From a virus, in IMG/VR virus record IMGVR_UViG_3300020182_000008, positions 40,628 through 104,627 of that record: a stretch of DNA of 64,000 nucleotides. One strand, given 5' to 3'. A program made the translations under genes and the position numbers. Positions 55,361 through 64,000 of the stretch are shown piece after piece; positions within the stretch are counted from its first letter, which is position 1; each line of letters starts with the position of its first letter. The notes under the pieces were generated by a model, which saw nothing but the letters and a program-made list of their open reading frames with translations, did no database searches and was not told where the DNA came from.

Positions 55361-56282
55361 TCAAATATTACTTGGATTAGTCCAATCCGTTTTAGGTAGA
55401 AGCAATCCTACAGCTAGAGGTAACCACTCCTTTAATTGTCCTTTTTGTAATCACAAAACACCTAAACTAGAGGTTAACTTAATCCCAAATAAGAAAAACG
55501 AAAATTTTTGGCATTGTTGGGTTTGTGATGCAAAAGGTAAAACGTTATTTAGTTTATTTAAACGTTTAAAAGTATCAACTGAAAAACGTACTCAATTAAG
55601 TGAAATATTAGGTACAACAGACAAATACGATACTATAGTAGCTAGTAGTAATGTAGAATTACCTAAAGAATATAAACCATTATATAACCTAACCAAATCA
55701 GATATACATGCCCGGCATGCTTTAGCTTACCTTAAAAAACGAGGTTTAACAATGGTTGATATTTTAAAGTATCAAATTGGGTATTGTGAAAATGGGCGTT
55801 ATGCAAATAAAATTATTATACCTACATATAGTGCTGAAGGTACATTAGAATATTTTGTAGCTCGTTCATTTGAAAGAGAACCATCTAGAAAATATGATGC
55901 ACCATCTTCAGATAAAAATCTTATAGGGTTTGAAAATATGATAAATTGGAATGTACCTATTGTATTATGTGAGGGTGCATTTGATGCTATCGCTATAAAA
56001 CGAAATGCTATACCATTATTTGGTAAAAACATTTCAAGAAAACTGATGCAAAAATTAGTTACATCAGATGTTAAAAAAGTTTACCTAGCTTTAGACAGTG
56101 ACGCTATAAAGGCAACTTATAAAATAGCAGATCAGTTATTAAAAGCGGGTAAAAAATTATTTGTAATAGAGTTAGACGATAAAGACCCTGCCGACATGGG
56201 TTTTGCTTTATTTACAAATAAAATACAGGAAGCACAAGAATTTACATTTTCTTCACTCCTTAATTTAAAATTATCTATATGA
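55353..56282 (+). CDS. DNA primase (CHC2 zinc finger plus TOPRIM)
   Basis: CPFCNH...HCWVC, YLKKRG, LCEGAFDA, LALDSD, DPAD. Confidence 0.9.
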   Translation: MINQILLGLVQSVLGRSNPTARGNHSFNCPFCNHKTPKLEVNLIPNKKNENFWHCWVCDAKGKTLFSLFKRLKVSTEKRTQLSEILGTTDKYDTIVASSNVELPKEYKPLYNLTKSDIHARHALAYLKKRGLTMVDILKYQIGYCENGRYANKIIIPTYSAEGTLEYFVARSFEREPSRKYDAPSSDKNLIGFENMINWNVPIVLCEGAFDAIAIKRNAIPLFGKNISRKLMQKLVTSDVKKVYLALDSDAIKATYKIADQLLKAGKKLFVIELDDKDPADMGFALFTNKIQEAQEFTFSSLLNLKLSI

Positions 56283-57046
56283 TATTACGTAAAGCGAATT
56301 TTCCTAAACAGGAATACAATCGAACATTTACGCAGATTACAACAAACGATTCTCGTTTTTATGAGGATGGGGAAAAAACATACCCCTCTGTAACTTATGT
56401 TTTATCTTACTATCCTAAAGGAAGACACTTTGAGGAATGGCTTAAAAAAGTAGGCCACTCAGCTGATTATATAGCTAAAAAATCTGCAGATGAAGGTACA
56501 ATAGTACATAACTTAGCAGAGGCATATCTATTAGGTAAAGAAATTAAACTAATGGATGAAGGTGGAAATCCTAAATATGATCTTAAAGTTTGGAAAATGT
56601 TCTTAGCATTTGTAGATTTCTGGGAAACTAGTGGAGCTGAACTATTAGAGACAGAAGTATTCTTATACTCAGATACACTTAAGGTTGCTGGAACGTGCGA
56701 TCTTGTGTGCAAAATCAACGGAGAACTATGGGTAATCGACTTGAAAACATCTAATCACCTACAGACGACGTATGACCTACAGACCGCGGTTTATACGCGC
56801 TGTTTTGAAGAATGTTACGATCAAAAAGTAGATAGAGTAGGTGTGCTTTGGTTAAAATCCAAATCAAGAGGACCAGATAAAACAGGTAAAAGACTTAAAG
56901 GTAAAAAATGGGAAGTATATGAATCACCACGTACTGTAGATGAAAATTTAGAAATATATTCCCATGTACGTGCTTTATTCGATTTAGAAAACCCTAATCT
57001 CAAACCTATCTCAGAAAAATGGCCAACAACTATTAAGAAAAAATGA
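56279..57046 (+). CDS. PD-(D/E)XK exonuclease
   Basis: YPSVT, GTIVH, E, AGTCD, IDLKTS, Q...Y. Confidence 0.9.
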   Translation: MILRKANFPKQEYNRTFTQITTNDSRFYEDGEKTYPSVTYVLSYYPKGRHFEEWLKKVGHSADYIAKKSADEGTIVHNLAEAYLLGKEIKLMDEGGNPKYDLKVWKMFLAFVDFWETSGAELLETEVFLYSDTLKVAGTCDLVCKINGELWVIDLKTSNHLQTTYDLQTAVYTRCFEECYDQKVDRVGVLWLKSKSRGPDKTGKRLKGKKWEVYESPRTVDENLEIYSHVRALFDLENPNLKPISEKWPTTIKKK

Positions 57047-57729
57047 ATTTAATCCCTGCTACTATACTAGATAATTTTTTAGAAAATCCTAATGAAATTA
57101 AAGATTGGGCCTTATCTTTAGATTATTCTAAATTAGGTGAAAATGGTAGATATCCTGGAAAAAGAACTAAATTACTTGAAAATATTAACCCTCCTTTCCA
57201 TAAATACATAACAAAAAAAATTATTTCTATTTTTGCAGATTCTAATAATGTTATAGGGGAATCTAGTAGTTCATTTCAATTAATTCCAAATTTTGAAGGT
57301 AACGGGTGGATACATCAAGACACAGATTCTCAAATTACAGCTATAATTTATTTAAGTAAAGAAAATACAATAAACTGTGGAACTTCCTTATATGAAATAA
57401 ATTCATCTAATATTTTTAATCTTACCCCTGAAAGAAAAGCTTATAGTCAATATAGAAAAATCCATCATTCTACTGGTAAATTACCTCTTAATATTTTAGA
57501 ACAAAAAACTATATTTGAAAATAATAACTTTAATAAAATTTTAGATGTTAAAGATAAATTTAATAGGATTTTTTGTTTCTCTAGCAGTCAATACCACTCA
57601 GCAAATTTTTTTTCACCTAATAATGGAGAAGACAGACTAACTTATATTTCTTTTTTATATAATCTTCGTACATTAGATGGAAGTCCCTTTTTCCCCGTAA
57701 TGCGTACACAAAATATTTCATTTCAATAA
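57043..57729 (+). CDS. 2OG-Fe(II) oxygenase-like protein
   Basis: DNFLENP, YPGKRT, WIHQD, IIYL, GTSLY, FNR, YHSA, RLT. Confidence 0.8.
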   Translation: MNLIPATILDNFLENPNEIKDWALSLDYSKLGENGRYPGKRTKLLENINPPFHKYITKKIISIFADSNNVIGESSSSFQLIPNFEGNGWIHQDTDSQITAIIYLSKENTINCGTSLYEINSSNIFNLTPERKAYSQYRKIHHSTGKLPLNILEQKTIFENNNFNKILDVKDKFNRIFCFSSSQYHSANFFSPNNGEDRLTYISFLYNLRTLDGSPFFPVMRTQNISFQ

Positions 57730-57738
57730 TAAATTTAT

Positions 57739-57771
57739 TAGGCTCCCTCACCTCTTTTTCGTATATTTATA
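57739..57771 (+). promoter_or_regulatory. Early-type promoter (TAGG-N17-CGTATATTTA) that also contains ATATTTATA
   Basis: Composite early/late match. Confidence 0.6.
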
Positions 57772-57789
57772 TGTTGACAATGTAACCCT

Positions 57790-58590
57790 ATGTATAAATT
57801 ACGAGATATAATCTTAGAACAATCCGTTAATCCTAAGGCACTTATACTCGCTGGCTCCCCTGGTGCTGGCAAATCGTCTTTTATAGAAGGAGTTAAAAAT
57901 GCTCTTATCTTAAATGTAGACGATTACTACATGCGCAATTTAAAGGATATGGGAGTGTCTTTAGATTTAAAAAACGCAGATGCTGAAGAAAGAAGCAAAG
58001 CAGCCTCAGCAATGGCAGCAGCAAATAAAGAATTTCGCCCTTATATGCGAGATATCATCTTAGGTAAAAAGAATTTTATACTAGATGGTACAGCTGCTTC
58101 TTCTAGACCAACTTTAAAGTTAAAAGAAGAACTAGAAAATCTAGGTTACGATATACTAATGGTATATGTGTTTGCTTCACTAGAGAAAGCATTAGATAGA
58201 AACGAGACACGCTTTCAGCGCTCACAAGGTGAAGATAGAAGTTTATCACCTGCTATTGTATTACGTACCTGGAACAATATAACTCAAAACTACGAGTTGT
58301 ATCAAAAAGAATTTGGAGACAATTTCGTTTCTGTTGTAAACGATAAAGCGTTAGAAAAAGGTGAACCTATGAGCTCACTAGAATCTCTAGTAGACAAATA
58401 CATCACACCATACGCTCCAAAAGATACAAAACCAAAAACAGATAAAGAGAAAGCTCGCTCTGAAAAATCAAAATCAGAATTAGCACAACAAATCAACGAC
58501 TTTGTAGAATCAGATAAAGTAGAAGATATCAAATCAAATTCCGTATCTAAAGACGAGGCAAAGTCTCGTGTAAATTCATTTTTCTCATGA
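57790..58590 (+). CDS. Zeta-toxin-like P-loop kinase
   Basis: AGSPGAGKS, LNVDD, FILDGT, VYV.ASLEKALDRN..R. Confidence 0.8.
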   Translation: MYKLRDIILEQSVNPKALILAGSPGAGKSSFIEGVKNALILNVDDYYMRNLKDMGVSLDLKNADAEERSKAASAMAAANKEFRPYMRDIILGKKNFILDGTAASSRPTLKLKEELENLGYDILMVYVFASLEKALDRNETRFQRSQGEDRSLSPAIVLRTWNNITQNYELYQKEFGDNFVSVVNDKALEKGEPMSSLESLVDKYITPYAPKDTKPKTDKEKARSEKSKSELAQQINDFVESDKVEDIKSNSVSKDEAKSRVNSFFS

Positions 58591-59666
58591 ACCCAGAAAA
58601 AATAGGTAGTCAAATAGCGAAATCTATCCTATTAGAGGAAGTTGTAGAGAAAGTTGCTCTATATCCTGGTGCATTCAAACCACCTCATAAAGGACACGTT
58701 GCTACTGCTTTAAGAGCAAAAGAAGGAGACATAGATCGTGTTATTGTCTTTATGTCTACAAAAGAAAGAGATGGTGTTTCTGTAGAAGAAGCTCAACAAG
58801 TTTGGGATTTATATAAACAAAATAACCCAGAATTAGAGAATGTAGAGATTGTTCAAACACCCACCCCAGTAAAAGACGTTTACGATTATGCTAAAGACAA
58901 CCCAGCTAATTTAGTTAGAGCTGTATTTGGTAAAGGGGAAGAAGATAGATTCAAATCACTATTAGATAAAGAAAAATATCCCCACGTAGAGGTATTCGAT
59001 GCTGGAATGGAAGGAACATATTCAGCAACTGAATTGCGTAAAGCAATACGAGATAATGATTTAGAAACTGTAAATGATTTTATACCTGATGGTCTTAATG
59101 TAGATGATTTTATGTCTATATTTCAGTTAAATGAAGCTATATCCGAATCAATAGTAGGTGATAAAATAGTATGCGATAACTGTGGATGGGAATGGGAAAT
59201 AGCAGATGGTGGAGACGATTTGTATATATGTCACAAATGTGGACACGATAATACACCACGTAAAGATTATCTAAAAGAAGCTAGATATAAAAAATTCCTA
59301 AACGAAGGTTGGGACAATTCAAAAGGCAAAGTAATAGGAGATTTTGTAAATTATGTTAGCGAATATCTTTCTATAAATAAACCTAAAATTAAACTAATCA
59401 ACTCACCAGACTATACTCAAGAATATCACAGTTTTGGTGGTTATCTACCTTCAGAAGAAAAAATAATGGTTGTTGTTCACAATCGTAACATGGCTGATAT
59501 ATTAAGAACCGTAGCACACGAGATGGTTCACCATATGCAAAATCTAGACGATAGATTAACACCCAAATCAGGTGAAGACGGATCACCAGATGAAAATGAA
59601 GCTAATTCGTTAGCGGCGGTTATAATGAGAAAATTTGGACGTGAAAATCCACACATATATGAATAG
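58587..59666 (+). CDS. Fusion: HIGH nucleotidyltransferase, zinc ribbon and HExxH metallopeptidase-like domain
   Basis: YPGAFKPPHKGH, YSATELR; CDNC...CHKC; RTVAHEMVHHMQ, E.EAN. Confidence 0.8.
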   Translation: MNPEKIGSQIAKSILLEEVVEKVALYPGAFKPPHKGHVATALRAKEGDIDRVIVFMSTKERDGVSVEEAQQVWDLYKQNNPELENVEIVQTPTPVKDVYDYAKDNPANLVRAVFGKGEEDRFKSLLDKEKYPHVEVFDAGMEGTYSATELRKAIRDNDLETVNDFIPDGLNVDDFMSIFQLNEAISESIVGDKIVCDNCGWEWEIADGGDDLYICHKCGHDNTPRKDYLKEARYKKFLNEGWDNSKGKVIGDFVNYVSEYLSINKPKIKLINSPDYTQEYHSFGGYLPSEEKIMVVVHNRNMADILRTVAHEMVHHMQNLDDRLTPKSGEDGSPDENEANSLAAVIMRKFGRENPHIYE

Positions 59667-60210
59667 AATAAAGGGTAGTTTAATGGATTTATTGCAAGAA
59701 GATCTTGCTAAAGCATACGATGTTTTTGTCGATATGGATGGGGTGTTAACAGACTTTGAAAGACGTTTTGAACAATTCGCTGGTGTAACCCCAGACGAAT
59801 ACACTTCTCAAAAGACAATCCAATTTGGTAAAGAAAAAGCAGATGAACAATTTTGGAATCTAATAGATAAAGAAATTGGAGTACGTTTTTGGGCTGGAAT
59901 GCCATGGATGCCTGAAGGAGAAAACCTATACAAACATATCAAAAAATATAAACCCACCATTTTAACATCTCCCTCCAGAGACGAATCATCTCGCATAGGA
60001 AAAGGTGTATGGGTTAAAAGAAACATGTCTGGTGTACCAGTAAAATTTGGGTACAAAGCATCTGGTAAAGCAAAATATGCTGGACCAAACAAAATATTAA
60101 TAGACGATAGAGAAGATAATATAGCAGCTTGGAAAGCAGCAGGAGGAATTGGTATATTATTTAAATCAACAGAACAAGTTAAAAACGAGTTATCTAAATT
60201 AGGGTTATGA
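59659..60210 (+). CDS. 5'(3')-deoxyribonucleotidase (HAD, NT5C-like)
   Basis: FVDMDGVLTDF, FWAGMPW, ILTSP, GK..WV, ILIDD. Confidence 0.9.
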   Translation: MNRIKGSLMDLLQEDLAKAYDVFVDMDGVLTDFERRFEQFAGVTPDEYTSQKTIQFGKEKADEQFWNLIDKEIGVRFWAGMPWMPEGENLYKHIKKYKPTILTSPSRDESSRIGKGVWVKRNMSGVPVKFGYKASGKAKYAGPNKILIDDREDNIAAWKAAGGIGILFKSTEQVKNELSKLGL

Positions 60211-60782
60211 GCGAATCACGCTTAAATAAAGAATTCTCTGAACGCGACATCCAGAGAATGCGCAATATAGTTTCTGGAAATACAGCTGAACGCACTAGAG
60301 TTCAAGCAGGTTACCAAAAACAATCAGTAGAACATGGCGAGGGCGATGTATGGGAAGAATCAGGTAAAACCTGGACTATAAAAAACGGTATTAAACAAAC
60401 CGTCACCAAACATGACAAACTAAGGGAAATGGTTAACATGCCCTTAAAATGTCCTAAATGTGAAAATGCAATGAAATCTACCAAATTGAATCAAAAGATG
60501 TGGTCTATACACGGCAAATGTTTCGATTGCGTAGTTGAATATGAAGCACATTTAAAAGCTACAGGAGGGTATGAAGAGTATGCTAAAAAATTAATGAACG
60601 CTAATAAAAATTCATTTGTTACTGACTACGAGCAAGCCGTAGAGGCATATATAAATGATAAAGGAGACACATTTATGTCTGAGGCTGGAGATTTAGAAAA
60701 TTGGTCAAAAGCTAAAATAAATCCCGAAACAATTAAAATTTTAAAGGAAAACATCAAACAGCTAAAAGAACTAGAGCTGTAA
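60207..60782 (+). CDS. Hypothetical zinc-binding protein
   Basis: CPKC...CFDC. Confidence 0.75.
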   Translation: MSESRLNKEFSERDIQRMRNIVSGNTAERTRVQAGYQKQSVEHGEGDVWEESGKTWTIKNGIKQTVTKHDKLREMVNMPLKCPKCENAMKSTKLNQKMWSIHGKCFDCVVEYEAHLKATGGYEEYAKKLMNANKNSFVTDYEQAVEAYINDKGDTFMSEAGDLENWSKAKINPETIKILKENIKQLKELEL

Positions 60783-60791
60783 TATCCTTAT

Positions 60792-60799
60792 ATATTTAT
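60792..60799 (+). promoter_or_regulatory. Putative late promoter ATATTTAT
   Basis: Intergenic, before 60820. Confidence 0.55.
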
Positions 60800-60819
60800 T
60801 ATAGAATAATTCTACAAAC

Positions 60820-61437
60820 ATGAAAAAACAAGAACTACGTAAACTTATTAAAGAAAATATTACAGATTGGCTATCTGAGCGTAATCTTCCCGAAACTGAG
60901 GAAACACAACAAGCTCCTGTAAAAGAAAAAGTAGCTAAAATCGAAGATCAAATTGCTGAATTCTACTACGTTACAAAACCTACTAAAGAATCTTCTGTTG
61001 AAGAACTAGTAAAAAGTGGAGACGTATTTGAATTTGCTATGAGTGGTCTAACTCGTGAAGACATTTCAGGTATCTACAAATCTGAAAGCAGAGCAAAATC
61101 AGCTGCAAATAAAGTAATTAAAGAAAGAGACATTAAGCTTAAAGAAACCTATAAAAAAGGTCAAGACAAACTTAAGCAAATGGAAGCTTCAATTGACGAA
61201 ATTAAAGGTCAAATCGAAGGTAAAATGTCTGAAGCAACTTCTAACCCAGATATGCGTGAAGCACTTACATCTGAATCTAATGGTTTAATGGAAAAATTAT
61301 CCATGCTAGAAATGCAAATGGATAAACTACGTGAGGCATTAGAAAAAGAAGGTTTACGTTTCGAGAAAAAATCATCTAAAAAGTCTAAAAAAGAAGACGA
61401 AAAAGAAGACAAAAAAGACGAAAAGGAAGATAAGTAA
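60820..61437 (+). CDS. Coiled-coil putative head/scaffold-associated protein
   Basis: MKKQELRKLIKE N-terminus, heptads, charged tail. Confidence 0.7.
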   Translation: MKKQELRKLIKENITDWLSERNLPETEETQQAPVKEKVAKIEDQIAEFYYVTKPTKESSVEELVKSGDVFEFAMSGLTREDISGIYKSESRAKSAANKVIKERDIKLKETYKKGQDKLKQMEASIDEIKGQIEGKMSEATSNPDMREALTSESNGLMEKLSMLEMQMDKLREALEKEGLRFEKKSSKKSKKEDEKEDKKDEKEDK

Positions 61438-61440
61438 TCT

Positions 61441-62403
61441 ATGGACAAGCTAAAACTCAGATACTTAATCCGAGAGGCTATAGAAAACGTTGTTGGAGTT
61501 TCAGCAAAATTCTCTATAGGGGATAAAGTAACTACGGTAGATGGAGACACTGCTACTGTTACAATGGCAGAACATCCGTTCTACACTGTAGAGTTAGAGG
61601 AGACTGGAACAACTAAATCGTTTAACTTTAAAGATTTAGCTCCATTCCAAGAAAAAGAAATATCTAAAACATCAGAAGGCATTATGCTCCAAGAAGGCGC
61701 GATTGCCTCTCCTGGTTTAATGTTCCATCAACAACACAAAAAACCACTATCAGAGTGTATTTTTAGAATAGGTTCAGAAGCATACGTAGACTTCTATGCC
61801 GAAGCAAGAGAATTATTCAACGAAGGCGTTCTAAAAGTAAACGAACTTGATAGAGATTTAATTCGCAACACTGACATAGGCGAATATGGAATATTTGAAG
61901 GCAAAAAAATTGCTTTAGATATTCCTTTTATTAATGAAAGAGAAGATGCCTTAGGTATTTACGATGATGGTAGAGGAAATTCCGCTGCAATTGGATGGAC
62001 ACCTGATGGGTATCTAGCTACAGTAGATGGTGAATACGATTTTCAAATCGGACCTGCTAAAACAGTAGAAGAGCTAATTAAGATGTTAGCTGATGAAGGT
62101 TTTACAAATAAAATATTTGAAGCCGAATTTAAAGGTAAAGACGTTCCACTAAACAAACCAAAACGTGGTGGTTCAAAAGCATACTATGTTTACGTTAAAG
62201 ACGGGGACAAAGTTAAAAAAGTATCATTCGGGTCTGGTGGCCTAAGAGCAAAAATTAACAACCCAGAAGCACGTAGAGCTTTTGCGGCACGACACAATTG
62301 CGACAAAAAGAAAGATAGAACAAAAGCAGGTTATTGGTCATGCAATTTACCACGTTACGCGAAGGCCCTAGGATTAGGTGCTAACAAAAACACATTTTGG
62401 TAG
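61441..62403 (+). CDS. Multidomain putative internal head protein
   Basis: LRYLIREAIE; SH3-like segment; basic C-terminal RRAFAARHNC...AGYWSC domain. Confidence 0.7.
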   Translation: MDKLKLRYLIREAIENVVGVSAKFSIGDKVTTVDGDTATVTMAEHPFYTVELEETGTTKSFNFKDLAPFQEKEISKTSEGIMLQEGAIASPGLMFHQQHKKPLSECIFRIGSEAYVDFYAEARELFNEGVLKVNELDRDLIRNTDIGEYGIFEGKKIALDIPFINEREDALGIYDDGRGNSAAIGWTPDGYLATVDGEYDFQIGPAKTVEELIKMLADEGFTNKIFEAEFKGKDVPLNKPKRGGSKAYYVYVKDGDKVKKVSFGSGGLRAKINNPEARRAFAARHNCDKKKDRTKAGYWSCNLPRYAKALGLGANKNTFW

Positions 62404-62404
62404 A

Positions 62405-62860
62405 ATGGAAAATTTTAATTTAAAAAAATATTTAGCTGAAGGTCGCTTACTAAAAGAAATTGACGGAGATTTTGGTGTTAATTTAAATACACCTGAAAAT
62501 GCAGTTAAATTTAAAGATCTCCTATCCCAAATGGGTATACCAGCTGAAGTTGATGGTATTTTTGTACAATTTGATGGTAGTATTGATGATATGCGAAAAG
62601 TAAGTGTTTTAGCCGATAAATTTTTAGGCGCATCACAAGATTCTTCACCATTTAAAGATGAAAGACCAAGTGACACTATAACACTAGCTGTAGATAAAGC
62701 ATATTATGATGACGATAAAGGTGAGTTTACTCTAACACCTACAGATGTTATAGTAACAGCTGATAACTTTGAAGATATTATATTTGACGAAGTAGGAGAT
62801 GAAGAGGTAGATTTTACAAGTTATGTTCGCACATATCCTAAAATCTTTAAAAGAGTTTAA
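62405..62860 (+). CDS. Acidic putative internal head protein
   Basis: True start MENFNLKKYLAEGRLLKE at 62405. Confidence 0.7.
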   Translation: MENFNLKKYLAEGRLLKEIDGDFGVNLNTPENAVKFKDLLSQMGIPAEVDGIFVQFDGSIDDMRKVSVLADKFLGASQDSSPFKDERPSDTITLAVDKAYYDDDKGEFTLTPTDVIVTADNFEDIIFDEVGDEEVDFTSYVRTYPKIFKRV

Positions 62861-62861
62861 A

Positions 62862-63122
62862 ATGGCAACTTACACCGACTACGAATATAAAGGATACCAC
62901 GTTAGACATTTTTCACACGATACAGAAAGTGCTGATCTAGTATGGCATCGTGATAGAAAAGATAGAGACATTACTCCAATAGGAAAAACAGATTGGCAAA
63001 TACAATTTGACAACGAGTTGCCTAGGCCAATAGATGATTGTATCTTTATACCAGAAGGTAAATGGCACAGAGTAATTAAAGGTAGTGGGTGCCTAAAAAT
63101 ATTAATAAACGAATATGCTTGA
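62862..63122 (+). CDS. Cupin-like protein
   Basis: WHRD, IFIPEGKWHRVIKG; start at ATG 62862. Confidence 0.7.
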   Translation: MATYTDYEYKGYHVRHFSHDTESADLVWHRDRKDRDITPIGKTDWQIQFDNELPRPIDDCIFIPEGKWHRVIKGSGCLKILINEYA

Positions 63123-63249
63123 GTTAATCATTATATTTAGTTTTTCAGTAGCCGCAGTAGGTTACTTAGTTGTATCTACAAGAAATAAAATAAAACAGCC
63201 AGGATGCTGTGGACAAAATTGTAATTGCCATGAAAATAAGTCAAGTTAA
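63115..63249 (+). CDS. Cys-rich membrane microprotein (FeoB-associated Cys-rich membrane protein-like)
   Basis: MLELIIIFSFSVAAVGYLVVSTRNKIKQPGCCGQNCNCHENKSS. Confidence 0.55.
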   Translation: MLELIIIFSFSVAAVGYLVVSTRNKIKQPGCCGQNCNCHENKSS

Positions 63250-64000
63250 AGAAGTACTTAATTCAATATTTGAAGAGGACGAAAGTCTAAAATACGCTTT
63301 AGCTACTAACCTAGCTAAATATGGTCGTCCTCAATCTAAAAAATCAGATCAACCTTCTAAACTAACTAAAGGTTTAGAGAAGGGTAGAGAAAAATACGTT
63401 AAAGATTTAAAGAAATCTATGTCTGAATTAGATGATAGTGGTTTAAGCAAAGGATATCTTGAAGCTAGAAAACTTATTGATAATTTAAGAGCAACTACAT
63501 TCAGAAAACTAAATGACGACGAATTAGAAGAGTTTAGAAAAACAATTGCGGATGCGTTTGATTTTGATTTAAAAGAAGGTTTAAGTGAAGATAAGGCAGA
63601 TGCTACGAGATGGTTTAGTAATCTAAAATATTTCTATCAAAAAGCATTTAGAGAGTTAAAAGGTGAAGATAGAGAAACGTACAAACAGTTAGCTAAAGAT
63701 TTCTTTTCTAAATTAGAAATAGACGATAAAGTACGTCCTGTAGGCTTAGACGAAGACGAAGGCACATTAAATAAAATAGCAGATATGCTATCTCGTAAAT
63801 TTGACGATTTACGTTTTGATGTAAACACAATGGCTGATCGTATTGATGTTCGTGGCTCACAACAAGATTTAATGAATTTTGGAACTGAATTATCGGGTAA
63901 AAAAATATTCGACTATGAAGTGTTCCATACAGATGATGACGATAGAGGAGAAATAGTTCGCATTGTTAAATCAGATTCTATATCTAGAGGTGGTGTAAAC
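63230..64000 (+). CDS. Hypothetical protein, truncated at window end
   Basis: Open frame MKISQVKEVLNSIFEED... to position 64000; missed by the ORF track. Confidence 0.8.
   Translation, partial: MKISQVKEVLNSIFEEDESLKYALATNLAKYGRPQSKKSDQPSKLTKGLEKGREKYVKDLKKSMSELDDSGLSKGYLEARKLIDNLRATTFRKLNDDELEEFRKTIADAFDFDLKEGLSEDKADATRWFSNLKYFYQKAFRELKGEDRETYKQLAKDFFSKLEIDDKVRPVGLDEDEGTLNKIADMLSRKFDDLRFDVNTMADRIDVRGSQQDLMNFGTELSGKKIFDYEVFHTDDDDRGEIVRIVKSDSISRGGVN

Noticed and set aside
57790-58590. Zeta-epsilon toxin-antitoxin system
   Set aside because: No epsilon-like antitoxin nearby; phage P-loop kinases of this type are common and the substrate cannot be determined from sequence
58587-60210. Complete NAD reconstitution (NARP) pathway
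   Set aside because: Only an NMNAT-like domain is present; no Nampt/Namat or ADPR-PP synthetase in this window
506-63828. Minus-strand ORFs in the ORF track
   Set aside because: Nearly all lie opposite well-supported plus-strand genes and have no recognisable motifs or promoters
1-64000. Stop-codon reassignment
   Set aside because: Genes are full-length and tightly packed under code 11, with TAA, TAG and TGA all used as stops
1-64000. tRNA/rRNA genes, introns, inteins, IS elements, DGR
   Set aside because: No T-loop/cloverleaf, no interrupted conserved gene, and no transposase or reverse transcriptase seen by eye; a tRNAscan/Infernal run would be needed to be certain

Overview
This 64 kb window is a segment of a large, AT-rich dsDNA myovirus-type phage genome, most likely infecting Bacteroidota (Flavobacteriia-like). 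All credible genes lie on the + strand, read in standard code 11, and none is a host housekeeping gene. Host clues: DUF4494, SprB repeats, a T9SS-CTD-like domain, TSP3 repeats, Bacteroidota-type -33/-7 promoters and no Shine-Dalgarno sequences. Layout: (1) 1-7.5 kb, a sulfation/glycosylation cluster (APS kinase, a very small HIGH nucleotidyltransferase, DUF2061, two paralogous sulfotransferases, epimerase, WavE-like protein, HAD-NTP-transferase fusion, GDPD-like protein, GT2). (2) 9.3-16 kb, a cluster of exported envelope proteins (two CsgG-fold-like proteins, a cohesin/dockerin-like protein, a CTD-like lipoprotein, a TSP3 lipoprotein, an autotransporter-like beta-barrel protein) surrounding a holin and amidase. 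(3) 16-32 kb, accessory/early genes, including many 2OG-Fe(II) oxygenases, unannotated microproteins, a regular promoter array, a dyad-rich non-coding tract and a GC-rich repeat island. (4) 32-54.7 kb, a sigma-like factor and a T4-like baseplate/tail module with SprB repeats. (5) 54.7-64 kb, GIY-YIG nuclease, primase, PD-(D/E)XK nuclease, and nucleotide-handling enzymes with putative capsid-targeting propeptides. I found no tRNA, rRNA, CRISPR array or IS element. All assignments come from reading motifs by eye; no searches were run.
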